DNA of 64,000 nt, taken from the NCBI GenBank assembly GCA_030018135.1, contig JASEGJ010000002.1, positions 31,309-95,308 of the forward strand, written 5' to 3'. The DNA comes from Candidatus Hodarchaeaceae archaeon. Lineage in GTDB: Archaea > Hadarchaeota > Hadarchaeia > Hadarchaeales > Hadarchaeaceae. The position numbers and the translations under genes were made by a program. The notes under the pieces were generated by a model. The model was not told the DNA's origin. It did no database searches and saw only the letters and a program-made list of their open reading frames with translations. Shown one piece after another: positions 36,900 to 46,898 of the stretch; within the stretch, counting starts at the first letter, position 1, and every line of letters begins with the position of its first letter.

Positions 36900-38750
36900 T
36901 CACATGCTTTTGGGCGCAATAATGCCCAACAAGTTAAGAGCGTTACGCAAAACTATTCTAGCGCAGTTGACCAAATGCAGGCGAGCCCCTCGGAGTTCGA
37001 CCGTTTCCGCCTCTATTACGGGTGCAACCTCGTAGAACTTATTGAATTCTAATGCAAGTTCCGCCGCATATAACGCCGGCATGTTTGGCTGCAGTTTCTC
37101 GCCAGCAGTTCGCACTACCTCCGGCATTTTTGCCAGAAGTTTTATTAGCTTCTGCTCCTCCGGTAACTCAAATTTGTCGTACGGATGTTTGCCGCCGAGC
37201 TTTCCCGCCTTGCGCAGGATGCTACACGCGCGCGCATGCGAATACTGAACTGCGGGCGCGCTATTTTGTTCAAAGTTGAGCGCTTCTTCCCACTTGAAGA
37301 CGACTTTTTTTTCTGGAGACGTTTGGATAAGCGAAAAACGCACAGCCCCAACGCCGACAAGCTCGGCCACACATCGCTTGAATTTTTCACTTGCATCGGG
37401 GTTGCGTTTATCGACCTCAACATAAGCCCTCTGGACAGCTTCCTCGATCACCTCATCGACGGAATACCCCACCCAAGTTCCGCGCCGACCCGAAAATTTT
37501 CCAGTTGGCAACCACACATGCTCATAAGCGAGATGGTGAGAGTTTTGATACTCGCTCTTCAGACCGAGTGCCATCAATGTCGAGAATACAACTTGTTGCG
37601 GAAACTTTTGCTCTGCTCCTATGACATTGATAACCTCATCTGCCTGCCCAAACTTGCGGCTGAGCTTGCCCCCCCGAGATGTAGTGTAAGTTCGGGTACC
37701 ATCAGGACGCTTCGAGTGATACTTAAAGAGAAGGCCAGCTTTGGTCCGCCCGAACTTCCAGAGCTGATAAGCTATGTCCCTGGCGGTGTAAACAGCAGTG
37801 CCATCGGAGCGCACGAGTACCTTATCCTCGATCCCGAAGTCTGACAACCTCAAGATTAGAGTGCCGGCGCGCTCCCCGGTGCCCTCGACAATGTAAGGTG
37901 TCTGGCGCAATCTGGCAAGCACCTCTTGGAGGATGCCGGAACGGGCGATATCGCTCTCCCACACAAGTAGGTCGTAGCTGATGTTTAGGCGATCCGTCGT
38001 TTGCAGGTTAGCTTTAACACATCGCTCGGAGAGTTGCCTCGCCATCCGTGCTAGCCTGCCCTCGCCGCGCTCGAGTTCCATTAGGATTTCCCGCACGTAT
38101 CGCTCAAGTTCGGGCTCACCCCCCAATCGACGATGGATATCAATGTAGAGCATGCCAAGTGTATGGTCGAATTTTGCGCGCGGTTTCTTTTTGATAGTTT
38201 GGTAGGCGCATAGCGTTTGCGCGACCTGCAGCCCCATGTCGTCGATGTAATTTTGAACTTCGACCTCGTATCCCAAGGCGCGCAGGATTCTAGCCATGGT
38301 ATCCCCGATCACCGCGTTGCGCCCGTGGCCAATGTGAAGTGGCTTCGTGGGGTTTACGCTGGTATGCTCGATGATGGCTTTCCGCCCCCGACCTATCGGT
38401 AAGTGACCATACTTAACGTCGGCTTGTTCAATCGCCCGCAAAGTTAGCTTAGCAAGCTTTGAGATATCGACGAAAAAATTTACGTAGCCGTTGGTTGCCC
38501 TGACTTGTGCGATGAGGCCAGATGGTTTGATGGCCTGAGCGATTTCTGCAGCAAGCCATGTGGGCGACTTGTGTAGAGTTCGGGCTAACTCGAAGCAAAC
38601 CGTCGTCGCGAGGTCGCCGAGGGAGGGGTCGGGGGGCTCCTCGAGCATTTGTTTGAGTTCCTTAGGTGGCTGCCAGCCCAGTTGAGAAAGTGCCGCCGCG
38701 AGGGCTTTTAAGACTTCATCCTTGAATTCTCCCCAGGGATTAGCTGTCAT
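36900..38750 (-). CDS. argS: Arginine--tRNA ligase
   Basis: EHTSVNPTKPLHIGHGRNA, KFSGRRG and QY.HAR..SIL motifs. Confidence 0.96.
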   Translation of the reverse strand: MTANPWGEFKDEVLKALAAALSQLGWQPPKELKQMLEEPPDPSLGDLATTVCFELARTLHKSPTWLAAEIAQAIKPSGLIAQVRATNGYVNFFVDISKLAKLTLRAIEQADVKYGHLPIGRGRKAIIEHTSVNPTKPLHIGHGRNAVIGDTMARILRALGYEVEVQNYIDDMGLQVAQTLCAYQTIKKKPRAKFDHTLGMLYIDIHRRLGGEPELERYVREILMELERGEGRLARMARQLSERCVKANLQTTDRLNISYDLLVWESDIARSGILQEVLARLRQTPYIVEGTGERAGTLILRLSDFGIEDKVLVRSDGTAVYTARDIAYQLWKFGRTKAGLLFKYHSKRPDGTRTYTTSRGGKLSRKFGQADEVINVIGAEQKFPQQVVFSTLMALGLKSEYQNSHHLAYEHVWLPTGKFSGRRGTWVGYSVDEVIEEAVQRAYVEVDKRNPDASEKFKRCVAELVGVGAVRFSLIQTSPEKKVVFKWEEALNFEQNSAPAVQYSHARACSILRKAGKLGGKHPYDKFELPEEQKLIKLLAKMPEVVRTAGEKLQPNMPALYAAELALEFNKFYEVAPVIEAETVELRGARLHLVNCARIVLRNALNLLGIIAPKSM

Positions 38751-38824
38751 GGGCCTCAAAACCATGTAGTTCGCACAGCTCAATAATTTAATGGCCCCCC
38801 TCCCAATTATCTTTTGGGACATTT

Positions 38825-40114
38825 ATGATCCTTCACGTCGGCATCGATGATACAGATTCTAGAGCCGGGATGTGCACAACTTACGTTGGTGCGGCAGTCG
38901 TGGATAGGTTAAAGGGGCGGGGCATCAACGTCCTCGACTTTCCTCGATTGATTCGGTTAAACCCTCAGTGTAAGTTTAAGACAAGGGGGAATTGCGCGAT
39001 CGCCTTAAAGGTCGAAGTTTCAGATGACCAACTCCCCATGGTGAAGCGAGTGGTCCTGGACACGGTAAGCGAGCTCGCCGAACTCCACCATGATACCACC
39101 AATCCAGGGGTCGTTTTTTACCAAGCGGACAAGGTCCCGCCCAAGCTCAGAGCCTTCTCAAAAAAAGTGGTGCAGGATATCGTGACGATCGAGGATGCGG
39201 AGGCCCTCGCCCGAGAGCTTGGGGCGGAGGCGCATAAGTTCAAGTTGGGTCGGGGCATAATCGGTGCGCTGGCCGCGATAGGCAACACGTTAGAGCGAGA
39301 TCGGACATTTGAGCTCGTCGCATATCGAACGCGCGAGAACTGGGGCACGCCCAGAAGGGTGGACGTTGCGTCCGTCGAGGAGATGAACGCCAAAACCTTT
39401 CCCAATACCTTTGACAACCTTGATCCCACGACTGACGAAATCAGGATCACGCCTCACACGCCATGCCCCGTCCTTTACGGCATTCGGGGGGAGAACCCCG
39501 AGGCGGTGGCGGAGGCGCACGGGCTAATTAAAGCGCTGGAGCCGATCGAGCGCTGGATCATCTACAAGACAAACCAGGGGACGGACGAGCATCTGAGGCG
39601 AGCAAAGGTCGCCGAGATCAAGCCGTTTTGGTCGGTTATCGTCGAGGGCGTCGTATGTGAAAGGCCAAGGGTCATCGCTGGGGGGCATGTAATTTTCAGG
39701 ATCCGCGATGACACGGGAGAAATCGATTGCGCCGCCTACGAGCCCACCCGCCAGTTCAGGGAGGTCGTGAAAAAGCTGCAGGCCGGAGATGGGGTGAGGG
39801 CTTACGGCGGGGTCAAGGAAAAGCCAGGATTACCGTTGACGATAAACCTAGAGAAAATTTCGATTTTGGGGCTTATGCCCATCTTAAGGAAGGTCAACCC
39901 AACCTGCCCAAGATGCGGCAAGCGGATGAAATCCGAGGGTAGGGGCAAGGGATATTCGTGTAAGCGATGCAAAACTAAGGCACCTGTGGAGGCGGCTAAG
40001 CTGGTGAAATTGCCGCGTGAGATCGGGCCGGGCACATTTGAGGTTCCTCCCAGAGCCCGCCGCCACTTGGCTCGTCCTCTTATAAGGGTCAAGCCGGAGG
40101 AGCGCGAGTACTGA
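38825..40114 (+). CDS. tiaS: tRNA(Ile2) agmatidine synthetase
   Basis: GIDDTDS..GMCTT, TRGN, PHTPCPVLYGIRG, TNQGTD, OB fold and Zn ribbon. Confidence 0.95.
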   Translation: MILHVGIDDTDSRAGMCTTYVGAAVVDRLKGRGINVLDFPRLIRLNPQCKFKTRGNCAIALKVEVSDDQLPMVKRVVLDTVSELAELHHDTTNPGVVFYQADKVPPKLRAFSKKVVQDIVTIEDAEALARELGAEAHKFKLGRGIIGALAAIGNTLERDRTFELVAYRTRENWGTPRRVDVASVEEMNAKTFPNTFDNLDPTTDEIRITPHTPCPVLYGIRGENPEAVAEAHGLIKALEPIERWIIYKTNQGTDEHLRRAKVAEIKPFWSVIVEGVVCERPRVIAGGHVIFRIRDDTGEIDCAAYEPTRQFREVVKKLQAGDGVRAYGGVKEKPGLPLTINLEKISILGLMPILRKVNPTCPRCGKRMKSEGRGKGYSCKRCKTKAPVEAAKLVKLPREIGPGTFEVPPRARRHLARPLIRVKPEEREY

Positions 40115-41058
40115 TGCGCGAGCACAGGAAGATCGAGCACGTTGGGATCAAGCCCAGCATGAGGGTTGGGGAGCTCGTGCGCGAGATGGGTAAGTCCGGG
40201 GTGTTTGGCGCTGGCCGCATAGCCGAAGCCGCCGATGTCTACCGCGGGATGGTCGATTCGGATGCCACCATCTTCATGGGCTTAGGTGGGGCGCTCGTGG
40301 CGGGCGGCCTTCGTCAGGTCATTACAAAGGCCATAAAACATGAGCTCGTCGATGTGATCGTCACCACCGGCGCAAATGTCGTGCATGACCTAATCGAGGC
40401 ATTCGGCGGCCACCACCTACGCGGTGAGCCGTTCGTCGACGACGCTAGGCTTCGAGAGCGCGGGGTAAGTCGCATATACGATACCTATGTGCCACAGCGT
40501 GCGTTTGAACTGTTTGAGGATCGCATCCAACCCCTGCTTCGTGAAGTAACAAAACATGACACGCGCATGTCATCGGCCAAGCTCCTGCGCGAGATAGGGC
40601 TGCGCCTCCGGGACAGGGACTCGTTCATAGGGGCAGCCGCCAAGCGTGGCGTGCCCGTCTTCGCCCCGGCGCTGGTGGACTCTATTTTTGGGATCCAAGC
40701 TTGGCTTTTTGCCCAAGATCATGAGATAGTCCTCGACGGCCTGCTCGATATGAAGGAGATGATCGAACTCGCGCATCGGGCGGAGAATTCTGGGGCATTG
40801 CTCTTGGGCGGCGGGGTGCCAAAGAATTTCATCTTCCAAAGTAAGTTATTGGCGCCTACGCCCTTCAGGTATGCGATTCAGATTACCATGGATCGCCCAG
40901 AACACGGCGGGTTAAGCGGCGCGACCCTCGAGGAGGCCAAATCTTGGGGCAAGGTCGCCCCCGACGCGAGGCTCGTGACGGTGATAGGCGATGCCACAGC
41001 CATATTCCCGATGTTGATCGCCGCGGTGCTTGCGAGAGGAAAGAGAAAAAAGCCCTAA
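40114..41058 (+). CDS. dys: Deoxyhypusine synthase family
   Basis: TGAN..HD, GGGVPKN and GGLSGATLEEAKSWGK motifs. Confidence 0.88.
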   Translation: MREHRKIEHVGIKPSMRVGELVREMGKSGVFGAGRIAEAADVYRGMVDSDATIFMGLGGALVAGGLRQVITKAIKHELVDVIVTTGANVVHDLIEAFGGHHLRGEPFVDDARLRERGVSRIYDTYVPQRAFELFEDRIQPLLREVTKHDTRMSSAKLLREIGLRLRDRDSFIGAAAKRGVPVFAPALVDSIFGIQAWLFAQDHEIVLDGLLDMKEMIELAHRAENSGALLLGGGVPKNFIFQSKLLAPTPFRYAIQITMDRPEHGGLSGATLEEAKSWGKVAPDARLVTVIGDATAIFPMLIAAVLARGKRKKP

Positions 41059-41124
41059 AACGTTAAGTTGAGCTTTCACTATAAGGCCTTAAATCCCAGC
41101 TATTTTGGTTTCCACCTTCTACAA

Positions 41125-41349
41125 TTAGAAGGCACCCGCCACAGAGGCGATGGTGACCATGGCGCCGATCAGCGGGAGCAAATCGTGGGTGTTCCCCGTC
41201 AAATTTCGAATTTCGGAGCCGAGTCGAAATCGGAAAAGCACCACCCTTCCGCCAACCGAGATCTCGAACGCCGAGTGCCCGAGCCATCTTATTGAGTAAG
41301 CAGTCACCTTTCGACCCCAAAACCCTTCGATCGAGAAGTTATAAGACAT
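41125..41349 (-). pseudogene. Fragment of an MBL-fold (UPF0173-like) hydrolase N-terminus
   Basis: IRWLGHSAFEI...GRVVLF, after which similarity ends. Confidence 0.4.
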
Positions 41350-41370
41350 TTGAGGCTGGCAGGTTAACTT

Positions 41371-41919
41371 ATGAGAGTTGTAGGCCTCGATCTAGCGGGC
41401 GTTCCCACAAACCCCACTGGTTTTGCATCGCTCTCCGATCGCGCGTTCGAGACGAGGCTCGTTTACCCCGACGACGAGATTTTGGATCCGTGCACGCGTG
41501 ATCGGCCAGCAGCAGTTGCGATCGACGCCCCGCTCAGCCTGCCTCTGCGCGGCAATCTCAGGCAGGCGGATGCTTCGCTCATCGCCCGAGGATTTCGGGT
41601 CTTCCCGCCGACATTCGCCGGCATGAAGGCCCTCACCGCGCGCGGCATGCGCATCGCAGACGAACTTCGCGCCAAGGGGATTAAAGTCATCGAGATCCAT
41701 CCGCGAACCTCTGGCGCGATACTGTTCGGCAGCCCAGATAGGCAGGTCTGGGTTTCGGAGCTTCAAAAAGGGGGCTGGAAGCTGAAATCGGAGGCAAGCG
41801 AACACGAGATCGATGCGATCGTGGCAGCGTTGACCGGCTGGCTTTGGTTGAGGGGAAAATCAGAGGCCGTGGGAAACTCGCAGGAAGGTGTTGTAGTTAT
41901 CCCGCGCGGTCGGCTATGA
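41371..41919 (+). CDS. DUF429 (RNase H-like predicted nuclease)
   Basis: GLDLAG, AIDAPLS.P, R..D, IE.HP and DA..AAL motifs. Confidence 0.85.
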   Translation: MRVVGLDLAGVPTNPTGFASLSDRAFETRLVYPDDEILDPCTRDRPAAVAIDAPLSLPLRGNLRQADASLIARGFRVFPPTFAGMKALTARGMRIADELRAKGIKVIEIHPRTSGAILFGSPDRQVWVSELQKGGWKLKSEASEHEIDAIVAALTGWLWLRGKSEAVGNSQEGVVVIPRGRL

Positions 41920-42793
41920 GCTCGCGGACGCGCGCAATTGTATGACAAAGGCTAGAAACCCCCACCCCGAGGGTGCTCGCAAGCTTTCGTATGGTGGTCC
42001 TCTCACCGGTGGCCTCCGCCGCAACATAAAGAATCGCGGCCGTCAACAATGGTGCGGGTTTTGTTTGCTTTAAGTTGCCGGGGAGCATGCCGCAGAGCTC
42101 ATGCGCGCGCATGACCGTCGATCTCGGCAAATCGAGCTTTGATGCAAATCTGTCGATATAATCCTCCGCTAGGGGGCGCGGTACCTCTAATCTCAGCTTT
42201 CTCATGAGCAGTTTGGTGATGTGCCGCATGCTCCTTAGGGCTACTCGATCCTGTAGATTGGCGCGCGATGCTAGAGCGCGCACTATTTCACCCTCCGTGC
42301 GGGCCACGCCTCGTCGTCTGCACGTTATGAACGTGAGCGCAGCCAAAACCTGCCAAGTACCCCTGCCCATCGTCAGTCTAGCTGTTTTCGCCTTTCGATA
42401 GAGAGTGCTTATCTCCGCCTTTACAGCCTTTGGCAGCGTAAGGTCCTCGCATAACTTATCCAGCTCGATCAGCGCCTCGCGTAAGCTCTTCTCCTCATAG
42501 CTACTTGCGCGGGAGCGCCGTTGCCATAGGCGCAGGCGGCGCAATCTTGCCCGCCAGCTAGGTGAGAGGTCCTCCGACCAGTCCAGTTTGCTGCCGAGGC
42601 CCAAATCGTGCTGGGTGATGTCTATGCCAGCCGTGACGTCCGCTCGCGCCGCCCCTTCGCTTGGTTTAAACCTCCACTCCGGACCCGGTTCAAGCAGCCT
42701 TTCCATGATTACGAGCCCGCAGCGCGTGCAGATCTGCTCGCCCCTGATTTGGTCATGAAGCACAGCCGAGCTGCCGCAGGAGGGGCAGCGCAA
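41897..42793 (-). CDS. tfb: Divergent TFB paralogue
   Basis: CPSCG...GE..C..CG ribbon, GPEWR, HD.GLG and two cyclin-like repeats. Confidence 0.85.
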   Translation of the reverse strand: MRCPSCGSSAVLHDQIRGEQICTRCGLVIMERLLEPGPEWRFKPSEGAARADVTAGIDITQHDLGLGSKLDWSEDLSPSWRARLRRLRLWQRRSRASSYEEKSLREALIELDKLCEDLTLPKAVKAEISTLYRKAKTARLTMGRGTWQVLAALTFITCRRRGVARTEGEIVRALASRANLQDRVALRSMRHITKLLMRKLRLEVPRPLAEDYIDRFASKLDLPRSTVMRAHELCGMLPGNLKQTKPAPLLTAAILYVAAEATGERTTIRKLASTLGVGVSSLCHTIARVRELIADRAG

Positions 42794-42847
42794 ATTTGGG
42801 CCTCAAGCTTAAGGGAAATTTTGCATTTATAAAATACAACCGACCAA

Positions 42848-44071
42848 GTGGATTGGGGCCCAAATTTGACCGAGCGTTACGACATCATTGTCATCGGCGG
42901 TGGACCGGCGGGCCTATCAGCTGCGAAGGCCGCCGCAGCGGAGGGCGGAAAGGTACTCTTGCTAGAAATGCAGTCCCAAATAGGCGGCCAAACGAGGTCT
43001 GCAACTTGGGCACGAGCAAACACCGTTGACCAAGCGCTAGAAGAAGCCGTGGTAAATGAGGTCCACGCGTTAAAGTTACATTCACCCCATCAGCAGTTGG
43101 CGATAAGCGGTGATTTTGGCGTTATTCTCGACCGGCGCATATTTGATAAGCTACTCGCTGCAGAAGCCGCTGCCAGCGGTGCCGAAATTTGGTTGAGTTG
43201 CCCAGTTAAAGAACTGCTCGTTAGCAACGGCGCCGTCAGGGGAGTCTACGCGGAGGCAGGCGCGTGGGCTGAGCGAGTTGAGTGCGGGATGGTTATCGAT
43301 GCATCAGGTGCCCAAGGTCAGTGGTCGAGCTTGTTGTTGCGAAAGGTGTTTAAGCGAGATTGGGACAGGGAGCAGCTCGCGCTCAGCAGCGAGTATCTGA
43401 TGACAAATGCGTCCGCGCGAGATGTGGAGCTGTTCTTTACCTCTTATTTCGCCCCGCTCGGCCATGTTTGGATTTACTCGTTTGGCAGACGCTTTGCGAT
43501 AGCGGGCATCAGGGGCATTAGAATTCAATCAGATGCCGCTCTTGACGAGTTCATCGGTCGCCGGGTGACACCATCGCTCGAACAAGCTGTACCCGTCGCT
43601 GCATTTCGCGGTCAACAGCCGATAGGTGGGGCATTGATTCCAACATGCGCGAACGGCATTCTTGCCGCAGGGGGTGCCGCTGGGCAGGTCTACGCTTTAT
43701 CGGGAGAGGGGTTGCAATACGCACTCGCGTGCGGCGAGCTAGCGGGCAAGATCGCGGTCGAGGCGGTAGTAGAAGGCGATACCTCTGGGCAGGCATTATC
43801 AGGCTACGATCGGGCTTGGCGCGGGAAGTTCGAGGGCGAGCTAAAGGTTGGACAATTACTACATGCCGCCTTCAGGACCTCATTTGACCAAAAAATGGAT
43901 AGACTTTTCAATGCCTTGGCAGGCGATGTCGAGCTGCAGCAGGCCTTCGCGAACGCATTCAGGGGCATTGACTTAACAAGAGCGCTAAAGTTGTTTTTGA
44001 CCAGTGATGAAATACTAGGTATCTTCGGACGTGAAACGATCGAGAAGGCAATCGCAGCGTGCAGACTCTAG
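42848..44071 (+). CDS. Geranylgeranyl reductase family FAD oxidoreductase
   Basis: GGGPAG, DR..FD..LA..A...GA and G.AAGQV....GEG motifs. Confidence 0.8.
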   Translation: MDWGPNLTERYDIIVIGGGPAGLSAAKAAAAEGGKVLLLEMQSQIGGQTRSATWARANTVDQALEEAVVNEVHALKLHSPHQQLAISGDFGVILDRRIFDKLLAAEAAASGAEIWLSCPVKELLVSNGAVRGVYAEAGAWAERVECGMVIDASGAQGQWSSLLLRKVFKRDWDREQLALSSEYLMTNASARDVELFFTSYFAPLGHVWIYSFGRRFAIAGIRGIRIQSDAALDEFIGRRVTPSLEQAVPVAAFRGQQPIGGALIPTCANGILAAGGAAGQVYALSGEGLQYALACGELAGKIAVEAVVEGDTSGQALSGYDRAWRGKFEGELKVGQLLHAAFRTSFDQKMDRLFNALAGDVELQQAFANAFRGIDLTRALKLFLTSDEILGIFGRETIEKAIAACRL

Positions 44072-44180
44072 CATCGGTATAAACCTCCCTTTAGCTTGAT
44101 AAAAACCCGCTACCTAAAAATTCGCAGCGCGGACAAAAATTCTTATACCATTTGCATGTCAAATATCACCCGGTGCTTAC

Positions 44181-44312
44181 TTGCGGAGGTTTAAGCGCCG
44201 CTCAAAAGAACGAAAAGGGAGCGAGAAGGATAGGGAGTTTCAGCGGAGATTGCTTAAACAGATTATCGAGGAGGGTATAGAGGACGAGAAAGCGCTTGAA
44301 TATGAGGAGTAG
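44181..44312 (+). CDS. Small charged hypothetical protein (43 aa)
   Basis: TTG after GGTG; MRRFKRRSK...IIEEGIEDEKALEYEE*; upstream TTATA. Confidence 0.4.
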   Translation: MRRFKRRSKERKGSEKDREFQRRLLKQIIEEGIEDEKALEYEE

Positions 44313-44679
44313 TTAAGTCTTGACATACTCGGGCGGCACGGTAAAGCAGATCATGCCAGGCTTAGGCTCGTAAATTCGGCCAGCATCTTTCTCCTCTCTT
44401 AGAACGTCGTTGACCGTTTCTCGCGTGAGCCCAACCTTCTCAGCTAGGTCTAACTATATCCTCGATCTCCACCATGCCACTTGGTTCCTTACTCGCGAGC
44501 GCCCGCATCGCGCGGAGCACGAAGTCGACCTTTGTCTCACGGCTTCTCAGTATCGTTGTGATATCACGTTTTCCCGTTGCAGGCGTGGCAGTTTCTGCCG
44601 TAATGTATGTACTTATTTCAAGCTCGACGGCAAAGGGCTTCCCACATATTGGACAAGTGACTTCGATGCGCTGACGCAA
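44313..44679 (-). pseudogene. Zn-knuckle plus MCM C-terminal-like winged-helix protein, frameshifted near 44452
   Basis: CPICGKPF...VEIEDI, then in the adjacent frame LDLAEKVGL...L...GRIYEPKPG. Confidence 0.55.
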
Positions 44680-44825
44680 ACTATCATCCTATAAAACTTA
44701 CTATTCACGATTTATTTAACTGTTTGAGTGCGTGGCGATATGATGAGCTCAAACTACCTTCGCCAGCCAGACCTAAGCGCCCTAACCACCGGAATTTAAA
44801 CGTTTAGGGGCAAAATAAGCAAACG

Positions 44826-45323
44826 ATGGCCGGCATGAAATTCATCGCGGACGGCATGCTTGGCAAACTTGCACGCTGGCTTCGACTGGCTGGCTACAAC
44901 GTAAAATATGTCGGCGATCTTCAAGTGCCTGCAAGGGAACAGGATGAAGTCCTGCTTTCGCAGGCACAAGCTGAAAATTATATATTGCTTACTTGCGATA
45001 TAGACCTTCACCGACGTGCTAAGCGGGCAGGGGTTAAGAGCACGTTTATTCAAAGCAATGACGTTGTTGAGCAGTTGGCTGAGGTGTCGAAGCGCTGTGG
45101 CCGCAGGATCCGAATTCGGCCCGAAAATTCTCGCTGCCCGATGTGTAACGGCTTGCTGGAACTCGCTAGTAAGTCAGATGTCGAAAGCGAAGTGCCGGCG
45201 ACCGTACTTAAAATTCAACGTGAGTTTTGGCGTTGCTCGAGTTGCGGGAAGATTTATTGGAAAGGTAGCCATTGGAAGACCATCGTCGAGATGGCGGCGC
45301 GCTATAACCGCATGTTGAGGTGA
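44826..45323 (+). CDS. Mut7-C RNase domain protein (PIN plus Zn ribbon)
   Basis: [20 protein letters not shown] and C..CGK.YW.GSH motifs. Confidence 0.9.
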   Translation: MAGMKFIADGMLGKLARWLRLAGYNVKYVGDLQVPAREQDEVLLSQAQAENYILLTCDIDLHRRAKRAGVKSTFIQSNDVVEQLAEVSKRCGRRIRIRPENSRCPMCNGLLELASKSDVESEVPATVLKIQREFWRCSSCGKIYWKGSHWKTIVEMAARYNRMLR

Positions 45324-45937
45324 TCGTTGTGATTTCACATAAAGAGGGAGAATTTTTAGTCAAGCTCGCAAGGCAAGCGATTGAAACTTACCTGCTTTCG
45401 GGCAAAAAGCTACCCGTGCCTAAGGTCGACGCAAAGTTGCGCGAGCGGAGGGGGGTCTTTGTTACTCTTACGAAGCATGGCGAACTTCGAGGTTGCATTG
45501 GTCATCCATCGCCCACTTTGCCGCTCGTGGAGGCGGTGATGGACGCAGCCGTAAGTTCGGCGGTTGATGACCCACGGTTTTCACCCATGATGCTTGATGA
45601 ACTTTCAGACACTCAAATCGAGGTCAGCGTACTCACCCCGCCTGAACTCGTAGAGGTCAAAAATCCGTGCGATTATCCAAAGCATATAGAAATAGGCAGG
45701 CACGGCCTAATAGTGGAATACGCGGGCCATGCTGGCCTGTTGTTGCCACAGGTGCCGATCGAGTGGGGCTGGGATGCTGAGGAGTTCCTGTCGCAAACTT
45801 GTATGAAAGCTGGCTTGATGCCGGACTGTTGGCTACGTGAGGGCGTGCGAATAAGTAGATTTTCAGCACAAATCTTCTCGGAAAAAGGGCCAAGCGGCCC
45901 CATAGAGGAACGGATACTTAGACAGTCTAAGGGATAA
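45320..45937 (+). CDS. AMMECR1 domain protein
   Basis: GVFVTL, LRGCIG, DPRF, EVSVLT and GLLLPQV motifs. Confidence 0.92.
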   Translation: MIVVISHKEGEFLVKLARQAIETYLLSGKKLPVPKVDAKLRERRGVFVTLTKHGELRGCIGHPSPTLPLVEAVMDAAVSSAVDDPRFSPMMLDELSDTQIEVSVLTPPELVEVKNPCDYPKHIEIGRHGLIVEYAGHAGLLLPQVPIEWGWDAEEFLSQTCMKAGLMPDCWLREGVRISRFSAQIFSEKGPSGPIEERILRQSKG

Positions 45938-46030
45938 TAAGTTACAAATCGAAATTTTTTTCGTGTTTAGGGCGGGCGGGAATAAAGATATTTATATCAG
46001 AACCTTAAAAAATTAGCGAGAGGTGACAAT

Positions 46031-46279
46031 TTGAAGCAAATAGCTAAAGAAGACCGCATTTTATCATTTGAGGGTCAATTAAACGCATTAATGCGACAAA
46101 TGGCGGAGTTTGAACGCCGATTGAGCATTTTAGAGAGATCTATTGGGGCAATGAAAAAACCGAGCACTTTACCCAACCCGCCTCCTCGATCGCACCATCC
46201 TCAGCCTCAGATAAACCACAATTACCTTAAGCGAACTATTAGTGCGGCTAGGCGCGAATACGAGCGAAACCACAGATAG
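46031..46279 (+). CDS. Hypothetical coiled-coil protein
   Basis: GAGGTGA RBS, upstream TTTATA, heptad pattern. Confidence 0.55.
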   Translation: MKQIAKEDRILSFEGQLNALMRQMAEFERRLSILERSIGAMKKPSTLPNPPPRSHHPQPQINHNYLKRTISAARREYERNHR

Positions 46280-46299
46280 TCCCGCCTCGCGGTGACGCT

Positions 46300-46866
46300 A
46301 TGCGCGAGGAGTACTGGCGAGCCGCATTTTGGTTATTCGTCATTGGTAGTTGGGTATTTGGCATTTCGTACGGTCGATGGTCGGGCGGCGGCAAGGGCTT
46401 TTTCCTAGAACTTAGCAGGGCTGTGCGAATACCCAGTCCAATGCAGCTCAATGTTTGGTGGGAACCGCTGGTATATTTCGTGTTCACAGTCATTGCGATT
46501 TTTGTGCTGTCTCAGTTATTCTTTGGCGTGGGTGCAGCAGTATTCCTATTTTCAAGAGGCGTCTACGATAGCGCCATGATAGCTGAGCTTGAAGCGATGA
46601 TGCGAGGTTGGTCATTTCCAGACATTCCGATGAACGAGGTCTGGACTGCATTGCTCATCGTGCTCATCCTTGTCGTCAACTTGCCGCTTTGCCTCTGGGC
46701 AGCACACATCGGCACTCAACGGTCGATGTATATGTGGTACCGCTTAACTGGAAAACCCGTAAGGCCAGAGGCCAGCATGAAACCCATAACAAGCCTTTTA
46801 CTAATTCTCGCCGCTTCGATTGCCGTTGGTTTGGCGGCAGCATTCATATTCTCGTACATACAGTAA
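46300..46866 (+). CDS. Hypothetical membrane protein
   Basis: GGTGA RBS; 4-5 hydrophobic segments. Confidence 0.7.
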   Translation: MREEYWRAAFWLFVIGSWVFGISYGRWSGGGKGFFLELSRAVRIPSPMQLNVWWEPLVYFVFTVIAIFVLSQLFFGVGAAVFLFSRGVYDSAMIAELEAMMRGWSFPDIPMNEVWTALLIVLILVVNLPLCLWAAHIGTQRSMYMWYRLTGKPVRPEASMKPITSLLLILAASIAVGLAAAFIFSYIQ

Positions 46867-46898
46867 AAGTTTAAGAAAGGCCGGGCAATAGTGAAATC

